Below are positions 9,394-17,607 of a stretch of 64,000 bases of DNA, one piece after another (position 1 is the stretch's first letter; the number at the start of each line of letters is the position of its first letter). Location: the IMG/VR virus record IMGVR_UViG_3300033066_002303, positions 7,078 to 71,077 of that record. One strand, 5' to 3'. The notes under the pieces are model-generated. The model made no database searches. It saw only the letters and a program-made list of their open reading frames with translations, and had not been told where the DNA came from. The position numbers were made by a program, and so were the translations under genes. This DNA comes from a virus. Its lineage: Duplodnaviria; Caudoviricetes.

Positions 9394-11528
9394 ATATTGA
9401 ACTGTGCAACATCGGACCGCGCCGGCGGTTCAAGCACAACTTCTCGCCAGGGATTACCGCGATTACGGGCGAAAACGGCACGGGCAAGTCCATGCTGTTC
9501 GAGTCCGTACGCTGGTTGTTGACTGGCGATTACCCGCACCGCGACGGTAAAGAGGCGTCTATTTTTCAGCTGGCTTCGCCGGATGAGAAGGCCTATGGCG
9601 TTCTGCGGTTTGCGCACCGTGGCGTGGAAGCTACGGTGACGCGCTATGCGCGCCCAGAGACTACGAAAGACCGACTGGTGCTCAAAGACCAGACGGTTAA
9701 CGGCAGTACGCGTGTCAATGCAGTCCTCAGCGATTTGCTGGGGCTGGACGTGCCCACGCTGAACGATGTGGTGATTGTTGGCCAGGATGATCTGCACGGG
9801 TTTCTGGCAAAAACGGAAGCGCGCCGTGCGGAGATTTTACAGCGGCTGTTCCGTACAGCGATTGTGAATGACATCTACGCGCAGCTTGGTGAGCGCCTGG
9901 CTACGCTACCGGCACTGTTGCCCATGCAGTCAGTGGAGATGGCTGTCGACGCGGTACGCCGGGCGGAGACGCAATTGGCCCAGTTGCCGGGCGGCGCGGT
10001 TGATATCAACCAACTGCAACTGCGCGTGAGTGCGGCGCAGGCGTTGTTTGACCAGGGACGGCTGGCCCTGGATGTCCAGGTGCAGCAGTATCAAGCTGAG
10101 GGCAAGCGCCACGAGCTGGCGGATACTCAAATCCCTGCGGCGGCCGCGGCAGACATTGCGGCCCAACAAGCTGTAACCAGCACAGAAGCACAGCTGGCGT
10201 CGCTGACACAGGCTGCGCAAGAAGTGACTGCAATTCAGCAGGAACAGGCCCTGGCGCGGAGCATGGCTGCCGCGCTGGATGCGGCTGCGCAACGGCTCCA
10301 GGCACTGACAGCTTCGCGAAATGCCGCTACGGCAGAAGCTGCCAAGTACCCACAACCCGATCTAGCCCAGCGACCGGATCCAGCCTGGGAAATGGGGCTG
10401 GAAGTGCAACTGGCGGCCGACAACAAGTTTCTGGCAGCCTACGCCGGAAAGTCGACGGGGGTTTGCCCGACCTGCGGGCAAGCGACGCCATTTCCTGCAG
10501 AAGAGCTGGCTGCTACGAAACAGCGTGTGGCAGAGAATGCGAATCGCTTACAGCAGTTGCGGCGGGACCGGGCGGCTTATGCGCAAGCCGAGCAGCTGTG
10601 GCAAACGCACCAGCAGCAAGTGACGTTGCTGGAAGCGCAGGTACAACAGGCGCAAACAGCTTTTCAGCAAATGCCGCCCACGTTCACTGCCCGGGAGTTA
10701 CCGCCGAACAGTGCCGAGCTGTTACGCGATGTGCAGACACTGCAGTCCCGGCTGCTACAGCAACGTGCCAATGCCAGGACTGCAGCGCAGCGTGTGGCCA
10801 CGTTACAAGCAGAGCTGGCACATGTGACGCAAGAACTATCTCGGCTGACGCAGCAATTAGCGCAGCTGCCAGCTGTGACACCGGCTGCCGTTCAGTTGCG
10901 GCAGCAAGAGCTGGCACAATTACAGGCAACGTTCGCGCAGGCGCAACAGGAGCAGGCGTTGCGTGATCAGGCGGCATTGGAGCTGCGTGTGTGCCAGCAA
11001 CGGCTGCAAGAGGCGCAACAGGCGCAGCAGCAGCATGCGCAACGTGAGGCTTTGCGCGAGTATTTGCGACAACTGCGTGACGTGTTCCACAAAGATGCGT
11101 TGCCGCGGGCGGTGATTACCAGAAAGCTGGCTTTGCTGGAAACAGCAGTAAACCAGACGCTGGCTGCGTTCGATACGCCGTTTTTCATCAAGGCGACGAA
11201 CAACTATTCGCTGCTGGCCAAGTTCCACGATGGCCGGTCGCAACCAGCCCCCGCACTATCCGGCGGGCAGAAGGTTATCCTCAGTCTGGCTTTTCGGCTA
11301 AGCTTGAATTTACGGGCGGTGCCCGAGCTGGGTTTTATTGCGCTGGACGAGCCGACAGCTGCTCTGGATAACAAACGGGTAGAAGCCCTTGTGCCGTTCT
11401 TTCGCCACTTACGCCAGTTCGCGGCAGACAACCAGCTGCAGTGCCTCATCGTGACGCACGAGCAAAAACTGGCCCCTATTTTTGATGATGTGATCCGATT
11501 AACGCATGACAATTCTGCCTCAGGATGA
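9381..11528 (+). CDS. sbcC: SbcC/Rad50-like ATPase
   Basis: Walker A GENGTGKS, coiled coil, zinc hook CPTCG, signature LSGGQ, Walker B LDEPT, H-loop VTHE. Confidence 0.93.
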   Translation: MQLLDIELCNIGPRRRFKHNFSPGITAITGENGTGKSMLFESVRWLLTGDYPHRDGKEASIFQLASPDEKAYGVLRFAHRGVEATVTRYARPETTKDRLVLKDQTVNGSTRVNAVLSDLLGLDVPTLNDVVIVGQDDLHGFLAKTEARRAEILQRLFRTAIVNDIYAQLGERLATLPALLPMQSVEMAVDAVRRAETQLAQLPGGAVDINQLQLRVSAAQALFDQGRLALDVQVQQYQAEGKRHELADTQIPAAAAADIAAQQAVTSTEAQLASLTQAAQEVTAIQQEQALARSMAAALDAAAQRLQALTASRNAATAEAAKYPQPDLAQRPDPAWEMGLEVQLAADNKFLAAYAGKSTGVCPTCGQATPFPAEELAATKQRVAENANRLQQLRRDRAAYAQAEQLWQTHQQQVTLLEAQVQQAQTAFQQMPPTFTARELPPNSAELLRDVQTLQSRLLQQRANARTAAQRVATLQAELAHVTQELSRLTQQLAQLPAVTPAAVQLRQQELAQLQATFAQAQQEQALRDQAALELRVCQQRLQEAQQAQQQHAQREALREYLRQLRDVFHKDALPRAVITRKLALLETAVNQTLAAFDTPFFIKATNNYSLLAKFHDGRSQPAPALSGGQKVILSLAFRLSLNLRAVPELGFIALDEPTAALDNKRVEALVPFFRHLRQFAADNQLQCLIVTHEQKLAPIFDDVIRLTHDNSASG
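9998..10011. repeat. Dispersed palindrome, copy 3 (inside sbcC)
   Basis: Exact match; read as GTT GAT ATC AAC (VDIN). Confidence 0.95.
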
Positions 11529-12417
11529 GTCCGCGACAAAAGTTTGCGTGGACCAAAACGGGATTTGCTGGCATGTCGTCGGTGACGGCGCGCCAGTTTG
11601 CACGCAACTGTCAGTTGCCGGGTATGTTGCGAAGTTAGCGCAGGAGCGGGTGCAGCTGCCGCTGTTGCGCGTAATCAGCTTGCCGGAGACTGTGGCACTT
11701 GTGGTGGCCGCCTACGAGATATTGCGCCCGCGCGGGTTGCGCGTGCAGGTGGCCTCACCGCAGATTGTGCAGGATGTTCCCAGCGTGGTGACACAGTTGT
11801 GCCTGATGCGGCAGTGTATGCGTACAGCGGAACAGGGCGGCTGGCGCGATATTGGCGATGCGGATGTCCAGGGATACCGCTTTACACTGGCGGCAGCAAA
11901 CCCCGCTACGGATAAGGCGGCGTTGTTTCAAACGCACCCATTATCCCATATCTTGGGGTTCGTGGACGACCTGGACACAATCTCTGCAGCTGGGCTGTTA
12001 GCCGAGATCGCAGATCCGTATCGTTTCGTGAGCCCGATTGCGCCACAGCGTACCGGGGCTGTCTTTTCGTTCCTGGGATTGTTTCCCACACGGCGGCCGA
12101 TCAACAACAAGGACTTGTTGCGGCGGCGGGGTTTGGCCATCAATGCCTGGAGCGGTTCCAAGCTGGATAGCGCCCGTTTGCATCTGCCGGGCCATTTTCT
12201 GTGGCGCCGGTTTGTGCGAGCTAGTTCCGTGGAGCAGGGACAGTTGCGTGCTACACAACTTTTTGTCAGGCTGCTGTACCTGACGTGGCTGGATCTGCTG
12301 CGGGCGGGCCGTGTGGGACCATCGGGTCTGCTGTTCTCGCCAATACAGCTATTTGGTGATAAGCTGACGGCTGAAGCTTTTCAGCAACACTGCGGCTTGT
12401 CAGCTGCGTCGATTTGA
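11506..12417 (+). CDS. Divergent IS110/IS116-family transposase-like protein (probably domesticated)
   Basis: AAGLLAEIADPYRF...FSFLGLFP matches the Transposase_20 pattern (llaEIgD..RF......GL.P); the conserved SG after GLxP is absent. Confidence 0.6.
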   Translation: MTILPQDESATKVCVDQNGICWHVVGDGAPVCTQLSVAGYVAKLAQERVQLPLLRVISLPETVALVVAAYEILRPRGLRVQVASPQIVQDVPSVVTQLCLMRQCMRTAEQGGWRDIGDADVQGYRFTLAAANPATDKAALFQTHPLSHILGFVDDLDTISAAGLLAEIADPYRFVSPIAPQRTGAVFSFLGLFPTRRPINNKDLLRRRGLAINAWSGSKLDSARLHLPGHFLWRRFVRASSVEQGQLRATQLFVRLLYLTWLDLLRAGRVGPSGLLFSPIQLFGDKLTAEAFQQHCGLSAASI

Positions 12418-12425
12418 CAAATGAA

Positions 12426-12458
12426 AACGCCCAACCAGCGGCTAACTGGTTGGGCGTT
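12426..12458. other. 13-bp perfect hairpin in the gap after the IS110-like gene
   Basis: AACGCCCAACCAG-cggctaa-CTGGTTGGGCGTT. Confidence 0.85.
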
Positions 12459-12496
12459 ACAGGCGTCCATCGCAGGACTGGTGCGAAGGATTCGCG

Positions 12497-14086
12497 ATGA
12501 TTTCAACGAATGATACGCGTGCGGCAACGCACGTGCAAGGGCCGTCTGCGCCGCCGCAGACGCCCATGCTGCTGATTCGCTGCAACAATTTTGTAAGCGT
12601 GGCGGATGCCGCAGGCGGCCCCACGCCGCAGTCTGTAGCCTCCGTGTTGCACGGTTATCTGGGCTATCAGTACAAGCAGTTTCTGCGCGGGTTGGCACAG
12701 ATCGACCCGATTACCGGCAAGCGGCGGTCGATCATTATTGATCGCAAATCGCTGTACAAGCTGGACCAGCTGGGCCGCGTGACCACGTACGCCGGGTTTA
12801 TTCCCCGGATTGCCAGCGTGTTGTCTGAGAAGTGCGGCTGTGCCGTCAGCCTGGTGGACCTGACGCCACCACCCACGCGACCTGACTGGAATACGCCTGT
12901 CTGGGAAAACCTGGCAGGCGTCAACTTCCGGTACCGGCAGGAAGAGCTGCTGCAGCACGTGGTGACCGCTGAGCGGGGCATCTTCAACTGCTCGATGGGC
13001 TTCGGCAAATCTTTCCTGTTTGGCGCCATCAGCCGCTTGTTCTCGCATGCGCGGATTGCGATCGTTGTTCCCGGGCGAGCTACAGCAGCAAGCGTCTATC
13101 GTGACTTGCTGCAGTTTGTAGGCCTGCCCGGACGCGTAGACGGCAGCCACCGCGATATTCAGCGCGTAACGGTTTATTCTCCGGATTCGCTGCACCATTT
13201 TGATGATGACGCGGACATTATGCTGGTAGACGAGGTCGACAAGTGCCTCGCTACGACGCTGCGTGAGAAGCTGTTTGCCGCGGCGACGCGTGTCCGCAAG
13301 CTGTTTGCATTCAGCGGAACGCCATACGCCCGGCTGGACGGGACAGCAGCTTGTCTGGAAGCCGTGTTTGGGCAAGAGCTCATGCGTGTAACAAACAATG
13401 AGCTGGTCAACAACGGCAGCGTGACTGCAATTCACGTACACTGGCTGCCAATCTCGCTGCCATCGAACCCGATTGCGCAGTACAAGTCGTCGCACAAGCG
13501 GGTGCAGATGGGCATCTGGCGCAACGTTGGGCGCAATGCGCAGATCGCCAACTTTGTGCGGACGCATTACGGCGACCCGGACGTACAGGTGCTGATCTCC
13601 GTAGCGACGGTGGATCATGCGCTGCACCTGTGGCAGCACCTGCCCGAGTTCCACATGGCGTACGCCGGCAAGGACTATAACTACTTTGAAAAGTCGGATT
13701 TTGTTCGACTGCTGCCGCCCAGCTTTCAGCCACTCTCTCGTAAAGCTGGCCAGACGCTGGCTGAGGGGTTTGCGGCGGGCACGATTAAGAAAGTGATTGC
13801 CACAGATATCTGGAGCACCGGGTGCAACTTTCCGCAGTTGCAGGTGCTGGTGCGGGCTGATGCCAGGGAGAGTGAAGGGCTGAACTTGCAATGGGCTGCC
13901 CGACCAAACCGGCTGTATGAGAACAAGCATATGGCAGTCATGGTGGACTGCGTGGATTTCTGGGACTCCGGCTACTGCAGGAAATCCAATACACGGTACC
14001 GACAGTACAAACAGCAGGGGCATACACAAACCTGGCCAGATCGGAACACGTTACTGCAGGCAGGGCATAATGCCGATTCCGTATAA
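12497..14086 (+). CDS. Superfamily 2 (UvsW/Rad25-like) DNA helicase
   Basis: Motif I SMGFGKS, II DEVD, III SGTP, V IATDIWSTGCNFP, VI ARPNR. Confidence 0.88.
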   Translation: MISTNDTRAATHVQGPSAPPQTPMLLIRCNNFVSVADAAGGPTPQSVASVLHGYLGYQYKQFLRGLAQIDPITGKRRSIIIDRKSLYKLDQLGRVTTYAGFIPRIASVLSEKCGCAVSLVDLTPPPTRPDWNTPVWENLAGVNFRYRQEELLQHVVTAERGIFNCSMGFGKSFLFGAISRLFSHARIAIVVPGRATAASVYRDLLQFVGLPGRVDGSHRDIQRVTVYSPDSLHHFDDDADIMLVDEVDKCLATTLREKLFAAATRVRKLFAFSGTPYARLDGTAACLEAVFGQELMRVTNNELVNNGSVTAIHVHWLPISLPSNPIAQYKSSHKRVQMGIWRNVGRNAQIANFVRTHYGDPDVQVLISVATVDHALHLWQHLPEFHMAYAGKDYNYFEKSDFVRLLPPSFQPLSRKAGQTLAEGFAAGTIKKVIATDIWSTGCNFPQLQVLVRADARESEGLNLQWAARPNRLYENKHMAVMVDCVDFWDSGYCRKSNTRYRQYKQQGHTQTWPDRNTLLQAGHNADSV

Positions 14087-14798
14087 ACGACGATTCGGAC
14101 TGCTGCCAATTACGCCCGTGCCGCGACCGGCTGCGATGCCGTCACGGACGATTGGGGAGCAACCGGAACAAGCCGCAGCAACTGCGGCAGCAAACGAAGC
14201 ACGCCGCGCTTTTTGCATGTACATGCAATTTCGCGGGGCCGTGAATTATGGCGAGCGGCCGATGCCGCAGTGGGATGGCGGGCAAACGCAGTTTGGCGCA
14301 AACAGGCAGAACATCTGGCCCAAGGTTGTTACGGCAGCGGCCGAGCAGGGCGCGTCCCCCTGGGAGTACGTGACGGCGTTGTTCTTGTCAGCCAAAGCGA
14401 CGCGGATTGCACCGACTTTGCTGCTTTCGCAGGTCGCAAAAGATGCCTGGGTCGAGTATTGCAGCCGGACACCAGCGGAGACGCTGCGTGACTTTGATTA
14501 CGCTATTGAGCGGCTACAGGCTGAGTTCGTGTGCGGCCAGCTGGTCAATATGTCGGAGAGCGCATCCTGGGCCTATGCCCTGCGCAACATGACCGTGTCT
14601 GCGGGACCGCTGGTGCGCCACACGCTGGCCCGGCAGCTGGACCTGGATGACGTGGCAGCTGAGTTTTACGACGCGGCAGTCGCAGAGTATGCGATGAAAT
14701 TTCGCTTTTATTCACCGACGTTGGATTCGCGGGTGGCGCTGGAAGTCCAGCAAGCCGGCCGCGATCTGCGGCAGCGACTTATGTCAGGAGTTTCATGA
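14070..14798 (+). CDS. Hypothetical protein (helicase-loader position)
   Basis: ATG 14070 overlaps helicase end; lies directly before the replicative helicase. Confidence 0.6.
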   Translation: MPIPYKRRFGLLPITPVPRPAAMPSRTIGEQPEQAAATAAANEARRAFCMYMQFRGAVNYGERPMPQWDGGQTQFGANRQNIWPKVVTAAAEQGASPWEYVTALFLSAKATRIAPTLLLSQVAKDAWVEYCSRTPAETLRDFDYAIERLQAEFVCGQLVNMSESASWAYALRNMTVSAGPLVRHTLARQLDLDDVAAEFYDAAVAEYAMKFRFYSPTLDSRVALEVQQAGRDLRQRLMSGVS

Positions 14799-14799
14799 G

Positions 14800-16467
14800 G
14801 TGCCCCCCACACCAAATAATCGCGCTATCGATCTTGTGCTGGATGCGCAGCGGACACAGGCGACACAGGCCGCCATCACGCAGCTGGATATGGATATGCT
14901 GTGTGCGTACTGGGCACGGCGACCGTTGTTCCTGGCGGAGTCGCGACAGCATATTCGTCCGGAGTTATTTGATCCTGTCAGAGAAGCGCATTACCAGCTG
15001 CTGTTTTCGGTGCTGTGCGATCTGCAGGATCGGAAGATCGATGTTACGCTGCTTTCGGTGCTGCAAGCTGTGCACGATCGCATGGCGCAGCATGGAGCAA
15101 TGCTGCTGACCCCCCAACAGCAGGCAGACCTGTTACGCCAGGATGATCACGGCATCGTGTACATGGTGTTCGTGACAATCCAGGACTCGTTCATGTCGCT
15201 GAGCCATGCGCGGGCCCTGTTGCAGAAGTTCTTGCAAGAGCGGGCAATCGCCAACCCGTTACGACGGCTCCTGGCGCAAGGGACCAACGGGGCTTATCTG
15301 ACCGCGTTGCCAGCCGTGCTGGAGTTTGCCAGCAATCAGGCTAGTCGGCTGCAGGGGATTGCCCGCCCGTTGCCGACGCCGCTGATGCCGTTGCCTGGGG
15401 CGGTACTGACGCCGCCGTCTGTGTTCGAGCAGACCGGGATTGGCTTTGTGGACAAGCCGCTGGGTGGCCAACGACAGGGCGACAGTAACGCAATCGTAGG
15501 TCCGTTCGGGGGCGGTAAATCTACGCTGGCGTCGCAGTTTATCTGCTCCGCCGCCCGGCTGGAGTATGCTGACGCGTACTTGCATAACCGCACTCCGCGG
15601 TACTCTGTGCTGTTTACGTACGAAGAGCCTCGTGAAAAGGCCTGGCCCCGGCTGGTCTCGATGGCCACTAAAATCCGCCGAGACAAGCTGGAAGCGCTGT
15701 CCGACTGGAGCATGCTGACCACACAGCAAAATATGGAGCAGTACGAGCGTTCCCTGACACAAACGGCCGGCCAGCAACTGTCTGAGTCGGAGCGTTACCA
15801 GGCCAATATGCCTTGGGTGAATACCTGTATCCGCGTGTTCGACATGTCCGGTTCGGGCAGTGAGAACAACGGCGGATCTGGCGGTATTGCCGAAATTGCG
15901 GCGTGCTTGCAGCGTCTGGTCGACGAGACCGGCTGCGGCATCCGGACCGTGGTGATCGACTACGCGGAAATCGCCTGTCGCCGCTATATGAGCGCCAGAA
16001 ACTGGCCGGAAGAGCGCTTGCGGCACCTGCTGACCTCGTGGGGTGATGAAGTCCGCATGCAGATTTCTGAGCGGTTTCGTTGCGCTACGTGGTCCTTGCA
16101 GCAGGCGACCGGCGAGGCAAACAAGTACCCGCCCTGGAAGCTGCTGACAATTGCTGACATCAAGGAATGTCGGGCGTTTGCAGAAAACCTGGCGGTGTGC
16201 GGTTGTATCGGCGTGGAAGACCCGACAACCGGGTGTCGTTATATCAACTGGGCCAAGATGCGCTACCGACCGAAAACGTCAGCGCCGCCATCGCTCGTTA
16301 AAGTGCACCCGCAGTGGGCAGAACTGATTGACGTGAGCGATCGGTACCAGCTGGACGAGATCGGGCGGCGGTTTGAAGAGCGGACACAGATGCGACGACT
16401 GCAGGGCGGTGATGCGCTCCTGTCGGCGCCGCAGCAAGGGCTGGCCCTGACGCCAGTCGGGACGTGA
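14800..16467 (+). CDS. DnaB-like (SF4) replicative helicase
   Basis: Walker A GPFGGGKS, FTYEE, Walker B VVIDY, SLQQ; next to primase. Confidence 0.8.
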   Translation: MPPTPNNRAIDLVLDAQRTQATQAAITQLDMDMLCAYWARRPLFLAESRQHIRPELFDPVREAHYQLLFSVLCDLQDRKIDVTLLSVLQAVHDRMAQHGAMLLTPQQQADLLRQDDHGIVYMVFVTIQDSFMSLSHARALLQKFLQERAIANPLRRLLAQGTNGAYLTALPAVLEFASNQASRLQGIARPLPTPLMPLPGAVLTPPSVFEQTGIGFVDKPLGGQRQGDSNAIVGPFGGGKSTLASQFICSAARLEYADAYLHNRTPRYSVLFTYEEPREKAWPRLVSMATKIRRDKLEALSDWSMLTTQQNMEQYERSLTQTAGQQLSESERYQANMPWVNTCIRVFDMSGSGSENNGGSGGIAEIAACLQRLVDETGCGIRTVVIDYAEIACRRYMSARNWPEERLRHLLTSWGDEVRMQISERFRCATWSLQQATGEANKYPPWKLLTIADIKECRAFAENLAVCGCIGVEDPTTGCRYINWAKMRYRPKTSAPPSLVKVHPQWAELIDVSDRYQLDEIGRRFEERTQMRRLQGGDALLSAPQQGLALTPVGT

Positions 16468-16471
16468 GCCT

Positions 16472-17599
16472 ATGTCTGTAGTACGGCCCGACTCATTGGC
16501 GCAATTGACAGCGAACCAGATTGTGACCGTACCACCGCAACGCGTGGACGGCCCGCTGGTTCCAGAGCTCTATCGGCGGATGCAGCTGTACCTGGGAGAA
16601 GTGGCCATCGCCAATCCCGGGGAAGAGATGGCCGGCGCGTGGGGTTATGACCCTGTGCGCCAGCGGCCACGTTTTATCGTGACGCATTATGGCGAGACAT
16701 ACCGGGCAAACTGCCCGTTCTGTTCCGATACGCGGAAACGGCTATGGATTCCGTACGGCTATGCCATGCAGGATCCCGCCAATCCACAGTACCAGCAGAC
16801 GTTTTTCGGAACGTGCTACAACGAAGCCTGCCTGGAAAACCATGACAACAGAAAGCAGCTGGCAGACCGGTTGGTGGGGTTCATCAATGCGGAACACCGG
16901 CAGATGATCATTCGGCCCGGGGTGCAGGTGGCGACAACAGTCGGCCCACGCAACCCGCCGGGCGTGTGTATGCCGATCAGCAATCTGGTGGATAATCACC
17001 CGGCGCGGCAGTATCTTTGTGAGCGCGCGTTTTACGCGCCCACGTGGCAGGCTTTTAACTTGTCTGTGTGCACCCAGGTCGGGCAGGATTACCTGCAGTA
17101 TTCTCGACTGTTGCTGGGGCGGATTGTCATCCCGCTGATTTTTAACGGCATGTACGCTGGCTGGCAGGCGCGGGCTGTGGGCGATGTCCCGAAGGGCGTC
17201 CCGAAGTACTTCACCTGCCCCCAGATGCCCCGCCGATTATGCCTGTATAACTACGACACCGCGCGGCAGCACACGCCGTTTGTTGTGGTGTTTGAAGGTC
17301 CGACAGACGTGTGGCGGCTGCCCTGGTGCAGCGTAGCGCTGTTAGGAAAAGCGATGACAGTGCGGCAGCGGCAGCTGCTGCAGGAGACTTGGCCCGGGCG
17401 CCCGATTGTGCTGGTGCTGGACCCGGATGCCGAGGACGAGATGCGGGACCAGCTGCAGCTGTTGCAGCAAGAGCATACGAACCCGGTATGTGCTGTACGG
17501 CTGCCGGCCAACGTGGACCCGGCACAGATCGAAGAGCGGCTGCTGCTGCAGGAGATTTTCCGACAGGCAGCGCAGCAAGGCATTAACCTGGCAGCGTAG
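16472..17599 (+). CDS. DNA primase (zinc-binding domain plus TOPRIM)
   Basis: CPFCSD...CYNEAC, WQARAV, VVFEGPTDVW, VLDPDA. Confidence 0.9.
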   Translation: MSVVRPDSLAQLTANQIVTVPPQRVDGPLVPELYRRMQLYLGEVAIANPGEEMAGAWGYDPVRQRPRFIVTHYGETYRANCPFCSDTRKRLWIPYGYAMQDPANPQYQQTFFGTCYNEACLENHDNRKQLADRLVGFINAEHRQMIIRPGVQVATTVGPRNPPGVCMPISNLVDNHPARQYLCERAFYAPTWQAFNLSVCTQVGQDYLQYSRLLLGRIVIPLIFNGMYAGWQARAVGDVPKGVPKYFTCPQMPRRLCLYNYDTARQHTPFVVVFEGPTDVWRLPWCSVALLGKAMTVRQRQLLQETWPGRPIVLVLDPDAEDEMRDQLQLLQQEHTNPVCAVRLPANVDPAQIEERLLLQEIFRQAAQQGINLAA

Positions 17600-17607
17600 G
17601 TTTTTCG

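Noticed and set aside
11400-12500. Active IS110 insertion sequence
   Set aside because: Catalytic motifs degenerate, gene overlaps sbcC, no interrupted target or second copy in the window.
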